This document shows positions 44,277 to 53,487 of a DNA stretch of 64,000 nt, one piece after another. Source of the stretch: an uncultured Lysobacter sp. (GTDB lineage: Bacteria > Pseudomonadota > Gammaproteobacteria > Burkholderiales > Usitatibacteraceae); the NCBI GenBank assembly GCA_964587315.1, contig CAZPLW010000001.1:55374-119373 (forward strand). The letters are read 5' to 3'. A program made the position numbers and the translations under genes. Positions within the stretch are counted from its first letter, which is position 1; each line of letters starts with the position of its first letter. The notes below the pieces were generated by a model, which saw only the letters and a program-made list of their open reading frames with translations, did not search any database and had not been told where the DNA came from.

Positions 44277-45833
44277 ATGGAACGCAAAAGGACAGTTCGA
44301 TGGGTCGCGGCCGGGTTCATCGCCCTCGTGGCCGGCTGCGCGAGCCTGCCCACGCCCGAGGGTCGCACCGCCTCGAGCGCGCTCACCGGGACGTCGCAGA
44401 CCCGGCTGGGCCTCGGTGTCGCGCCCCTCGTGTCCGCACACCCCGGAAAGACCGGCATCCACCCGCTCTTCGAGCCGAGGGACGCCTTCGCCGCCCGCGT
44501 GCTGCTCGCCGCCGCCGCCGAGAAGTCGATCGACGCGCAGTACTACATCTGGCACGGCGACACCGTCGGCAACCTCGTCTTCCAGGCCCTGCGGCAAGCG
44601 GCGGATCGCGGAGTGCGCGTGCGCCTGCTGCTCGACGACATGAACACGAAGGGACTCGACCCGGTGATCGCGGCGCTCGACGCGCACCCGAACATCGAGA
44701 TCCGCCTCTACAACCCGTTCGCGCACCGGGGCGCCCGCGCCCTCGATTTCCTCACGGACTTCTCGCGCGTGAACCGGCGCATGCACAACAAGTCGTTCAC
44801 CGCGGACAACCGGGTGAGCGTCGTCGGCGGACGCAACATCGGCAACGAGTACTACGGCGTGGGCGAGGGCACGGTGTTCGCCGACCTCGACGTGGTGGCC
44901 ATCGGCGAGGCCGTTCGCGACATCTCGCGGCAGTTCGACGGCTTCTGGAACAGCGCGTCCGCCTATCCGGCCGCGGGCCTCGTTGCGGCTGCCGTGCCGG
45001 CCGACCTCGACGCTCGGTTCGCCACGACGCGCGCCAGCCCCGACGCGGTTGCCTACCTCGAGACCCTGCGCACCACGCCGCTCGTGCGCGACCTGCTCGA
45101 TCGCCGGCTGCCGCTGGAGTGGACGGACGCCCGGCTCGTGCACGACGACCCGGCCAAGACGCTCGACACGACGGCCCGCAAGGACATCCTGCTCTTCCCG
45201 GCTTTGGTCGAGGCGATCGGCCGGCCCGAGAAGTCGCTCGACCTCGTCTCGCCCTATTTCGTGCCGGGCGACGAGGGCACCGAGGCCCTGGCCGCGCTCG
45301 CCCGCCGGGGCGTGAAGGTGCGCGTCCTCACGAACTCCCTCGAATCGTCCGAGGCGAACGTCGTTCACGCGGGCTATGCGAAGCGCCGGGAAGCCTTGCT
45401 GCGCGCGGGCGTCCGGCTCTACGAGCTCAAGGCCACGGCCGCGGCGGAACGCAAGCCGCACGACGACAAGGCCGGCGTGGGATCGGGTTCCGGCTCGAGC
45501 TCGGGGTCTGCCCTCCACGCGAAGACCTTCGCCGTGGACGCGAGCCGCATCTTCGTCGGCTCGTTCAATTTCGACCTGCGCTCGGCGCTGCTCAACACCG
45601 AGATGGGCCTCGTGATCGCGAGCCCCGCGCTGGCCGGTCGGCTCGCCGAGATGCTCGACAAGTCCGCACCGCTCGCCGCGTACGAAGTCCGGCTGCGCGC
45701 CGACGGCGCGCTGGAATGGGTCGAACGGACCGCCTCCGGCGAGAAGATCCACGAGAGCGAACCGGGCGCGGGATGGTTCCGGCGCTTCGCCGTCGAGGTC
45801 CTGTCCGCGCTTCCGATCGACTGGATGCTGTAA
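44277..45833 (+). CDS. Phospholipase D family lipoprotein (two HKD motifs)
   Basis: Lipobox LVAGC, plus HNKSFTADNRVSVVGGRNIGNEY and LHAKTFAVDASRIFVGSFNFDLRS. Confidence 0.88.
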   Translation: MERKRTVRWVAAGFIALVAGCASLPTPEGRTASSALTGTSQTRLGLGVAPLVSAHPGKTGIHPLFEPRDAFAARVLLAAAAEKSIDAQYYIWHGDTVGNLVFQALRQAADRGVRVRLLLDDMNTKGLDPVIAALDAHPNIEIRLYNPFAHRGARALDFLTDFSRVNRRMHNKSFTADNRVSVVGGRNIGNEYYGVGEGTVFADLDVVAIGEAVRDISRQFDGFWNSASAYPAAGLVAAAVPADLDARFATTRASPDAVAYLETLRTTPLVRDLLDRRLPLEWTDARLVHDDPAKTLDTTARKDILLFPALVEAIGRPEKSLDLVSPYFVPGDEGTEALAALARRGVKVRVLTNSLESSEANVVHAGYAKRREALLRAGVRLYELKATAAAERKPHDDKAGVGSGSGSSSGSALHAKTFAVDASRIFVGSFNFDLRSALLNTEMGLVIASPALAGRLAEMLDKSAPLAAYEVRLRADGALEWVERTASGEKIHESEPGAGWFRRFAVEVLSALPIDWML

Positions 45834-45851
45834 CCGCAAGGGATCGATGCC

Positions 45852-47519
45852 ATGAACGCTGCCGTGCCGAAGCTCGAGGGCGAACGGGAAAAGGGCTTCG
45901 TCGCCGACCTCCTGCCCGGACTCACCACCGCCGCCGTCGTCGTGCCGAAGGCGCTCGCCTACGCGACGATCGCCGGGCTGCCCGTGCAGGCGGGTCTCTT
46001 CGCCGCGCTCGTGCCGATGGTCGTCTACGCGGTGCTCGGCACCTCGCGCGTGCTCTCCGTGAGCACCACCACGCCCATCGCCATCCTCTGCGCCACGGGG
46101 ATCGGCGAGGCGCTGCGTGCCGATCCGACGCTCTCCCCGCTCACCGCGGCCGCGACGCTGTCCGTGCTGGTCGGCTTGATGCTCATCGCCGCACGCGTCG
46201 CGAGGCTGGGCTTCCTCGCCGACTTCATCTCCGAGCCGGTGCTCACCGGATTCAAGGCGGGCGTGGGCTGCGTCATCGTCGTGGACCAGGTGCCGAAGCT
46301 GCTCGGCATCCACATCGACAAGGCGGGTTTCTTCCGCGACGTGGGATCGATCGTGGCGCACGTGCCGGAGCTGTCCGTGCCCACCTTCGCCGTCGCGCTG
46401 GGGACCCTCGCCATCATCTTCGTTTCGAAGCGCTTCCTGCCGAAGGCCCCGGCGCCACTGCTCGCCGTCGCGGCCGGCATCGGCGCCTCGGCCTTCCTCG
46501 GGCTGCAGGCCGCCGGCGTGAGCGTGATCGGGACGATCCAGGGCGGGATGCCCACGCTTCAGCTGCCGAAGCTCGGGCTCGTCGAGGCCATGTGGCCGGC
46601 CGCCGCCGGCGTGGCGCTCATCGCCTTCACCGAGTCGATCGCCGCCGCGCGCGCCTTCGCGAAGTCCTCGGATCCGCCGATCAACGCCAACCGCGAGCTC
46701 CTCGCCCTGGGCGCCGCCAACGCCGCCGGCGCCTTCATCGGCTCCATGCCCGCCGGAGGCGGCACCTCGCAGACGGCCGTGGCCCGGACGGCCGGCGCCC
46801 AGTCGCAGGCGTATTCGTACGTGGTCGCGGCCGTGGCCCTCGCCACGATCCTCTTCCTCGCGCCCGTGCTCGCGCTCATGCCCAACGCGACCCTCGCCGC
46901 GGTGGTCATCGCCTACTCGGTCGGGCTCCTCGACCCGGCGCAGATGATGGCCATCCGCCGCGTTCGCACAATGGAGTTCCGCTGGGCCGTCGCCGCGTGC
47001 CTGGGCGTGATGGTGCTCGGGACGCTCCACGGCATCCTCGCGGCCATCATGCTCTCGATGGCGGGCCTCATCGCGCGCGCCACGAACCCGCGCGTCGATG
47101 CGCTCGGACGCAAGCCCGGCACCCACGTCTACCGCCCGCGCTCGAAGGAGCACCCGGAGGACGAGAGCGTGCCGGGACTGCTCGTCGCGCGGCCGGAGGG
47201 ACGCATTTACTTCGGCAACGCCGCGAACGTGGCCGCGAAGCTGCGGGCCCTCGCGAACGAAGTCTCGCCCCGGGTGCTCCTGCTCGACTTCTCCGCGGTG
47301 CCGGGTCTCGAGTACACCGCGCTCAAGATGCTCGTCGAGGCCGACGAGAAGCTCCACGGGGAAGGCATCGAGCTGTGGCTCGCCGCGCTCAACCCCGAGG
47401 CGCTCGAACTCGTCCGGGCCACGCCCCTCGCCGAGCGGATGGGGCGCGAGCGGATGTTCTTCACCGTCGAGGATGCGGTGAAGGCCTACGAATCACGCTA
47501 CGCCAGGGAGGGCGCATGA
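45852..47519 (+). CDS. SulP family inorganic anion transporter with a C-terminal STAS domain
   Basis: GLTTAAVVVPKALAYATIAGLPVQAGLFAALVP.., about 11 TM segments and a STAS-like end (LLLDFSAVPGLEYTALKML). Confidence 0.9.
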   Translation: MNAAVPKLEGEREKGFVADLLPGLTTAAVVVPKALAYATIAGLPVQAGLFAALVPMVVYAVLGTSRVLSVSTTTPIAILCATGIGEALRADPTLSPLTAAATLSVLVGLMLIAARVARLGFLADFISEPVLTGFKAGVGCVIVVDQVPKLLGIHIDKAGFFRDVGSIVAHVPELSVPTFAVALGTLAIIFVSKRFLPKAPAPLLAVAAGIGASAFLGLQAAGVSVIGTIQGGMPTLQLPKLGLVEAMWPAAAGVALIAFTESIAAARAFAKSSDPPINANRELLALGAANAAGAFIGSMPAGGGTSQTAVARTAGAQSQAYSYVVAAVALATILFLAPVLALMPNATLAAVVIAYSVGLLDPAQMMAIRRVRTMEFRWAVAACLGVMVLGTLHGILAAIMLSMAGLIARATNPRVDALGRKPGTHVYRPRSKEHPEDESVPGLLVARPEGRIYFGNAANVAAKLRALANEVSPRVLLLDFSAVPGLEYTALKMLVEADEKLHGEGIELWLAALNPEALELVRATPLAERMGRERMFFTVEDAVKAYESRYAREGA

Positions 47520-48187
47520 ACAGCAGCGACATCGCGGAAGAGGTGCCGCGCGAACCGATCCTCAACCCGGTGGACCGCATCTCGGAGATGCTCTTCGGCC
47601 TCTTCATGGCGCTCACCTTCGTGGGCGCCGTGACCGTGGCCGGCAGGGGCCAGGAAGAGGTCCGGACGCTCTTCGTGACCGCCTTCGGCTGCAACATCGC
47701 GTGGGGCCTGGTGGACGCCGTGATGTACCTCGTGCGCACGACGACCGACCGCGGGCGGCAGCTGAGACTCGTGCACGCGGTGCGCGCCACGCAGGATGAG
47801 GAGCGCGGCCGCGCGCTCGTGCGAAGCGAACTGCGGGCCGCCTTCCCCCGCGTGACCACGGAGGAGCAGGTCGAGCAGATCCGCGCGCGCCTCCTCGCGT
47901 TGGACGGCGTGCCCCGGAAGGTCGAACTTGACGGCAAGGATGCGCTCGCCGCCTTCGCCATCTTCCTCATCGTCGTCGCGTCGACATTCCCCGTCGTGCT
48001 GCCCTTCGCCTTCTTCACCGACGTCGCCACGGCGAAGTGGGTCTCGCGCGGGCTCTCGCTCGGGATGCTGTTCGCGGGCGGACTCGCCCTCGGCCGCTAC
48101 GCGGGATACGGCAGCTGGAAGGCGGGTCTCATGATGGTGGGCCTCGGCACCGCGCTCACCGTGGCGATCGTCGCCCTCGGCGGATGA
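47516..48187 (+). CDS. Membrane protein, VIT1/CCC1-like family (tentative)
   Basis: ATGA overlap with sulP. NPVDRISEMLFGLFMALTFVG, a soluble helical insert, then C-terminal TM segments. The family assignment is from memory only. Confidence 0.5.
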   Translation: MNSSDIAEEVPREPILNPVDRISEMLFGLFMALTFVGAVTVAGRGQEEVRTLFVTAFGCNIAWGLVDAVMYLVRTTTDRGRQLRLVHAVRATQDEERGRALVRSELRAAFPRVTTEEQVEQIRARLLALDGVPRKVELDGKDALAAFAIFLIVVASTFPVVLPFAFFTDVATAKWVSRGLSLGMLFAGGLALGRYAGYGSWKAGLMMVGLGTALTVAIVALGG

Positions 48188-48834
48188 AGACCGTCCTCGC
48201 CGCCGCGCTCGTGCTGGCATCGCTCGGTGCCGCGTCCGCCTTCGCCGACGATGCGGCGATGCCCGGCCGCCGCGCCTCGCCGCCCTCGAAGGAGCCGTGG
48301 GAATTCGCGATCACGGCCTATCCGACGCAGGTGCGCGGCGGCGACAGCACCACCTCCGCCATCGCGGCGGCCGACCGCGGTCCGCTGCATCTCGAGGCGC
48401 GCTACGGCTACGAGACGAAGGATTCGCGCTCGGCCTTCGCGGGCTGGACGTTCTCGGGCGGGGAGACGGTGACGTGGGAACTCACGCCCCTCCTGGGCGG
48501 CGGGTGGGGGCCGGTGAAGGCCTTCATCCCCGGGTTCGAGGCGAGCCTCGGCTGGGGCAAGTTCGACTTCTATGTCGAGGCCGAATTCGTGCGCGACCGG
48601 AACGACAGCGCCGCCAATTACAACTATGCCTGGAGCGAGCTGGGCTTCAAGGCGGCCGAGTGGCTGCGGATCGGCGCCGTCGGCCAGCGCACGAAACTCT
48701 ACGGCGGCGAGCGCGAGTTCCAGCGCGGGCCCTTCGTGCAGGTGACCTGGAAGCGCGCGACCTTCGGCGCCTTCTGGTTCAACCCGGGATCGAGCGAGCA
48801 GGTGTTCGTCGGCGCGATCGGCGTCGCGTTCTAG
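48184..48834 (+). CDS. Secreted hypothetical protein, probably a beta-barrel
   Basis: ATGA overlap with the upstream gene. Signal peptide MKTVLAAALVLASLGAASAFA, beta-strand alternation and an aromatic C-terminus (GAIGVAF). Confidence 0.6.
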   Translation: MKTVLAAALVLASLGAASAFADDAAMPGRRASPPSKEPWEFAITAYPTQVRGGDSTTSAIAAADRGPLHLEARYGYETKDSRSAFAGWTFSGGETVTWELTPLLGGGWGPVKAFIPGFEASLGWGKFDFYVEAEFVRDRNDSAANYNYAWSELGFKAAEWLRIGAVGQRTKLYGGEREFQRGPFVQVTWKRATFGAFWFNPGSSEQVFVGAIGVAF

Positions 48835-49709
48835 TCGCGCTGCAGGTCCGCGCCCGACCGGCGCCGCCACACCATGTACGGGACGACGGTGAGCGCCGAG
48901 ACGAGCAGGTAGGCCACGATCACCGCATAGATGGGCGAGGCCGCGTTGTTGAGCGAGGCCACGAGCAGCGCGAGGCCCGGATTGCGCGCCGCCGCGGTGA
49001 TGGCCACGGCCGTTCGCGTGCCCGGCTCCGGCCCGCCCAGCAGCTGGCCCATGGCGAGCGCGCCGAGGGTGACGAGGACGATGGCGACCCCCACCTTCGT
49101 GCCCGCCAGCAGGACGAGCGGGAACATCTCGACGACGGCGAGGATGGCGAGCACGAGGAGCAACGCGGTCCCCGCGGGCGAGAGCTTCGCCTCCAGCCAC
49201 GCGGCGCCCGACGCGGTGAAGTGGCGCACGAGCATGCCCAGACCCAGCGGCAGCAACTGCGCCATGCAAACCTGCTTGGCGAGCGGCCAGGGCTCGATGG
49301 CGGCGCTTCCGCCGTAGTACTCGTTGAGCCCCGCGATCGACAGCGGCATCGACACCACCGCGAGGATCGCCACCGAGATCTGCAGTCCCGGCGCGAAGGC
49401 CTTGTGCCCGCCCGACTTGAGCGACTTGCGCAGCGCCACCGGCGCGCCCGGCGAGACGGCCATGAGCACGAGGCCCACCTCCGCCAGGCGCGGGAGCCCG
49501 AGCGCGTGGGCGACGAGGATCGCCAGCGCCGGCACGGCGACCAGCACCGCGAAGAGCGCCTTCAGCATGATTCCCGGCCGGCGCCAGATCCAGCGGAATT
49601 CGCCGAACGCGACGCCCAGGCCGATCGAGAACATGACCGTGAACACCGTCGCCATCGCGACGGCGGCGAGGAGCCAGTCCGGGACGACCCCGGTCATCCC
49701 GGCGGGCAT
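48831..49709 (-). CDS. Bile acid:Na+ symporter (BASS/SBF-like) family membrane protein
   Basis: Polytopic. LMAVSPGAPVA.. and TAVAITAAARNPGLAL resemble SBF-like cores. Confidence 0.55.
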   Translation of the reverse strand: MPAGMTGVVPDWLLAAVAMATVFTVMFSIGLGVAFGEFRWIWRRPGIMLKALFAVLVAVPALAILVAHALGLPRLAEVGLVLMAVSPGAPVALRKSLKSGGHKAFAPGLQISVAILAVVSMPLSIAGLNEYYGGSAAIEPWPLAKQVCMAQLLPLGLGMLVRHFTASGAAWLEAKLSPAGTALLLVLAILAVVEMFPLVLLAGTKVGVAIVLVTLGALAMGQLLGGPEPGTRTAVAITAAARNPGLALLVASLNNAASPIYAVIVAYLLVSALTVVPYMVWRRRSGADLQRD

Positions 49710-49714
49710 GGGCG

Positions 49715-50725
49715 CTAGATCAGGAGCCGCTTGGCTTCGGCGAACACGTCGCGGGCGCGGATCGCGTCGCGGGGAATGGCGATGGGCAGCACGACGATGG
49801 CCTGGCCGCCCGAGTTGCGCACCTCCACGAGGTCGAGCTGCACCGTCGTGCCGCCGGGCTCGTCCTGGCGGATGCCCAGGCGGTCCATGAGGATGGAGAG
49901 CGGCTGCGCGAAGAGCTGTTCCGGCGCCTTGTCGAGCGTCTCCACGAGGATGTCGAGGTGGCGCGGCAGCGTCGCGGCGCCCGTGCCCGTGGCCACGAGG
50001 TCCCGCTCGATCTGCGCGAGCTTCGCCTCGAGCGTGGCCGCGTCCGCGCTCTCGCCGGACTCGCCGCCCGCGAGGCCGAAATTGGACGACTGCAGCGCCC
50101 GCACCTTGGCCTTGAGCACCGACTGGCCGGCCTCGAGCGCCTCGCGCTCCTTGCTCGCCAGGGTGATCTGCGTGAGGGCCCGGGTGAGGATCTGGTCGAA
50201 CGCGCGGCGCATGACGAGACGGCGGTTCTCCTCCGCGCTCGCCTGCGGCTCGAGCAGGCGGTGCTTGTCGAAGCTCACCTGCACCTGCGAGACCTCGCGC
50301 TGCAGGTGCTCGCCCTGCATCGCCATGCCGAGCACCTTCTTCTCCGTGCGCTCGACGACGAGGAGCGCGTACACGGGATCGGCGCCGCCCTGGGGGCTCT
50401 CGAGGAAATCGAGGAGCGCGCGGTCGGCGCCGAAGACCTCCGCCATGCGCGCGGGCGAGGCGAAGAACGAGGCGAGGCGATCGTCCTCGCCGTAGGTGCG
50501 CGCGCTGGCCTCCACGGGGGCCGGCAGCGCGCCCACCAGCGCGATGACGTGGTCGATGGCCTTCACGACGGCGGGCTCGAGGCGCTTCCGGTGCCCGGAG
50601 ATCGAGCGCAGGCGCGGATCGGTGGCGTCGAGGGCGCGGTCGATGGCCGCCTCGATCACGATCCGGTCGTAGAGGGCGTTGCCCGCCGGCTTCGCGCCGA
50701 AGAGGGACTGGAAGAGCTTCAGCAT
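49715..50725 (-). CDS. Hypothetical cytoplasmic protein with a central coiled coil
   Basis: Coherent coding frame with start MLKLFQSLFG. No TM segment or signal peptide, and no family recognised. It lies 5 bp upstream of the BASS-like gene. Confidence 0.6.
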   Translation of the reverse strand: MLKLFQSLFGAKPAGNALYDRIVIEAAIDRALDATDPRLRSISGHRKRLEPAVVKAIDHVIALVGALPAPVEASARTYGEDDRLASFFASPARMAEVFGADRALLDFLESPQGGADPVYALLVVERTEKKVLGMAMQGEHLQREVSQVQVSFDKHRLLEPQASAEENRRLVMRRAFDQILTRALTQITLASKEREALEAGQSVLKAKVRALQSSNFGLAGGESGESADAATLEAKLAQIERDLVATGTGAATLPRHLDILVETLDKAPEQLFAQPLSILMDRLGIRQDEPGGTTVQLDLVEVRNSGGQAIVVLPIAIPRDAIRARDVFAEAKRLLI

Positions 50726-50878
50726 GGGTCCCCCATCAGGCCACGGCTCGCGAGCCGGCGTCAATTCGTGCCGATGCGGCATTTCTTGACGGGCGACAAA
50801 TGGCGGGTCGATTCACGCCGGCCGCGGTGACACAATGGGCGGGTGAGCCCCGCGCATCGCGGGGCGAAGGAGGATTCC

Positions 50879-51781
50879 ATGGCGAAGAAGACGAAGGCCG
50901 CGAAGGCCAAGGACGTGAAGGCCGCGAAATCGAAGCCGGCGAAAGCGGTGAAGCCGGGCAAGTCCGCGAAGCCGGGCAAGAAGAAGGCGGCCGCCGCGGA
51001 ATCCCCGGAACCGATGGGGAACAAGGAATACGCCCGCGAGATGAAGAAGCTGCACATCGAGCTCGTGAAGCTGCAGGAGTGGGTGAAGCACGCCGGGCTC
51101 AAGGTCCTGGTCATCTTCGAAGGCCGCGACACGGCCGGCAAGGGCGGCACCATCAAGGCGATCACCGAGCGCGTGAGCCCGCGCACCTTCCGCGTGATCG
51201 CGCTGCCGGCGCCTTCGGACCGCGAGAAGTCGCAGATGTACATCCAGCGCTACATCCAGCACTTCCCCGCCGCGGGCGAAGTGGTGATCTTCGACCGCAG
51301 CTACTACAACCGCGCGGGCGTCGAGCGCGTGATGGGCTTCTGCCCCGAGCCGGCGGTGCTCAAGTTCCTCGAGGACGTGCCCAAGGTCGAGAAGGCGATG
51401 GTCGACTCCGGCATCATCCTCATCAAGTACTGGCTCGAGGTGAGCGCGGACGAGCAGACGCGGCGCCTGTCGGCGCGCATCGATGACGGGCGCAAGACCT
51501 GGAAGCTCTCGCCGATGGACCTCAAGAGCTACTCCAAGTGGTACGACTATTCGCGGGCGCGCGACGACATGTTCAAGTACACGCACACGGCCTGGGCGCC
51601 CTGGATCGTGGCCGACTCCAACGACAAGCAGCGGGCGCGCCTGAACATCATCAGCGACCTGCTGGCGCGGGTGCCGTACAAGGAAGCCCCGCGCGAGACG
51701 ACCAAGCTGCCCAAGCGGGAGAAGGACAAGTCCTACCGCGAGCCGGAGCACGAGGTGGCCCGCGTGAAGGAACGCTACTGA
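50879..51781 (+). CDS. ppk2: Polyphosphate kinase 2 with a Lys/Ala/Pro-rich N-terminal tail
   Basis: GAAGGAGG RBS. VIFEGRDTAGKGGTIK (Walker A), QMYIQRYIQHFPAAGEVVIFDRSYYNRAGVERVMGF, and WKLSPMDL. Confidence 0.9.
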   Translation: MAKKTKAAKAKDVKAAKSKPAKAVKPGKSAKPGKKKAAAAESPEPMGNKEYAREMKKLHIELVKLQEWVKHAGLKVLVIFEGRDTAGKGGTIKAITERVSPRTFRVIALPAPSDREKSQMYIQRYIQHFPAAGEVVIFDRSYYNRAGVERVMGFCPEPAVLKFLEDVPKVEKAMVDSGIILIKYWLEVSADEQTRRLSARIDDGRKTWKLSPMDLKSYSKWYDYSRARDDMFKYTHTAWAPWIVADSNDKQRARLNIISDLLARVPYKEAPRETTKLPKREKDKSYREPEHEVARVKERY

Positions 51782-51785
51782 CCCG

Positions 51786-52316
51786 CTAGGACGGCGGAAT
51801 GGCGAGGCGGCAGACCCGCAGGCTGAAATCGTCGGGATGCCGCTTCACCTCGAACCCCAGGCGCGCCGCGAGTCGCAGCATCGCCGCGTTCTCGGCGAGC
51901 ACGAAGCCTTCCATCTCGCGCTCGCCGTTCGCGCCCGCCGCCTGCACGAGCGTCTCGAGCAGCACGCGTCCCAGGCCCGCGCCGGTCCAGGCGTCGGTGA
52001 CGCTCATCGCGAACTCGCAGGACGCGCCGCGGGGCTCGCCGAGGTACATGGCGGTGCCCACGATGTCGATGCCGTCGTCCGCGGGCACCGTCGCCGCGAT
52101 GCCCAGCCCGCACCGGGCGAGCTTGCCGAAGGCCGTGCGAAGCGCCTCGACGTTCGCCTCGCGCACCGGGCGCATGAAGCGCGTGTAGCGCGCGTCCGGT
52201 CCCAGCCGGCCGAAGGCCTGGAGCAGTTCGGCCTCGTCGGAGGCAGCGATCGCGCGGAGATGGACGGTGCGGCCGTCCCGGAGGAGGACGTCGCGGGGTT
52301 CGAACAGGGCGGGCAT
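51786..52316 (-). CDS. GNAT family N-acetyltransferase
   Basis: VHLRAIAASDEAELLQAF .. VTDAWTGAGLGRVLLETLVQAAGANGEREMEGFVLAENAAMLRLAARLGF includes an acetyl-CoA binding motif. Confidence 0.8.
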   Translation of the reverse strand: MPALFEPRDVLLRDGRTVHLRAIAASDEAELLQAFGRLGPDARYTRFMRPVREANVEALRTAFGKLARCGLGIAATVPADDGIDIVGTAMYLGEPRGASCEFAMSVTDAWTGAGLGRVLLETLVQAAGANGEREMEGFVLAENAAMLRLAARLGFEVKRHPDDFSLRVCRLAIPPS

Positions 52317-52338
52317 GACCCGGCCATGCTACACGCGC

Positions 52339-53487
52339 CTAGCGCCAGGCGCTCCCCATGATGAGGTAGACCGCCTTGTCCTCGGGGCCGCGCGCCACGT
52401 CGATGCCCACGCGCATCCCGAGCGCCCGCGTGAGCAGGTAGCGGAACCCCACGCCGACGGTCGTGCGCGAGGGCTCGTCGCGCAGCGCCGAGTTCGAACC
52501 GGCCGCCCGGCCCGCGCCCGCGAAGCCCACGAGCGACCAGCGCCCGTCGAGGTTCCAGCGCCCCTCGATCTCGGCGAGGGCGACGCGGTCGCCCTGGTAG
52601 CGCATCGCCGGGATGCCGCGCAGCTCGATGAAGGGACGCGCGTAGAACGGCGCGTCGCCGTCGACGGCTTGCACGTCGGCGCGAAGGCCCACGACGAGCG
52701 AATCGCCGACCGGGTGGAAGCCCTGCAGCGCGAGGCGCGAGCGGGTGAACTCGTAGTCGCTGCCGAGCGAGGGCGCGAACCGGATCGCCTCGAAGTAGGC
52801 GCGAAGCCCGGCATTGGGCGTAAAGATGTTGTCGCGCCCGTCGTACTCCACCACCGGGCCCAGGCCCGACATCGCGGCGTCGAGGTCGGCCCGCGGCGGC
52901 TCCGGGGAGCCGTCCCGCGCGAACTTCACCTTCACGTTCGAGCCCATGTAGCGAAGGCCCGCCCACCACTCCGTATCGCCGAAGCGCCGGCGCACGTCCG
53001 CCACGGCGAGCGAGCCATCGAGGTTCACGTCGCGCCCGTCCGCGGTGGCGCCGGTGCCGATGCCGGGCGTGCCGTACCAGGCGAGGTTGATCGAGCCGCG
53101 CGCCAATCCGGCGAGGTAGCGCCAGCGCCGGCCCTCGCTGAAGCCCAGGTGGCCGATGCCGCCGCCCTTCGTGCCGTTCTCCGTGCCGAACGCGGCGCCG
53201 GCCGTGATGTCGGGCGGCTCGAACGTGCGTACGCCCGCGGGACTCGGCGGGGCATCCGGGTTTCGATGGAAGAAGAGAAGCGCCGCGCCACCGCCGTAGC
53301 CGATCGCGGGCTCGGTGATGACGATGGGGACCGGCAGGAAGCCCTTGCGCTCGAGGAGCCAGCGGCTGGCGTCCAGGCGGCCATCGACCGGATCGCGGAA
53401 GATCTCGTCGTCCCAGGGGGCGGCGGACGAGGCGGCGGGAGCCAGCGCGGTGAGCGCGGCGAGCCCCGCCAGGCGAAGCGACTTCAA
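52339..53487 (-). CDS. Omp85 (BamA/TamA)-superfamily outer-membrane barrel lacking obvious POTRA domains
   Basis: TTG start overlapping the upstream stop (TTGA) and a signal peptide. FIELRGIPAMRYQGDRVALAEIEGRW..GVGFRYLLTRALGMRVGIDVARGPED resembles the surface-antigen barrel C-terminus. Confidence 0.65.
   Translation of the reverse strand: MKSLRLAGLAALTALAPAASSAAPWDDEIFRDPVDGRLDASRWLLERKGFLPVPIVITEPAIGYGGGAALLFFHRNPDAPPSPAGVRTFEPPDITAGAAFGTENGTKGGGIGHLGFSEGRRWRYLAGLARGSINLAWYGTPGIGTGATADGRDVNLDGSLAVADVRRRFGDTEWWAGLRYMGSNVKVKFARDGSPEPPRADLDAAMSGLGPVVEYDGRDNIFTPNAGLRAYFEAIRFAPSLGSDYEFTRSRLALQGFHPVGDSLVVGLRADVQAVDGDAPFYARPFIELRGIPAMRYQGDRVALAEIEGRWNLDGRWSLVGFAGAGRAAGSNSALRDEPSRTTVGVGFRYLLTRALGMRVGIDVARGPEDKAVYLIMGSAWR

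Noticed and set aside
42762-48187. Very long ORFs 42762..47357 (-, 1531 aa) and 42935..48187 (+, 1750 aa)
   Set aside because: They overlap five well-supported plus-strand genes (OMF, PLD, SulP and others) in alternative frames. Only the last 223 codons of the plus ORF (47516-48187) look like real coding sequence. The remainder is Arg/Gly/Pro-rich shadow sequence.
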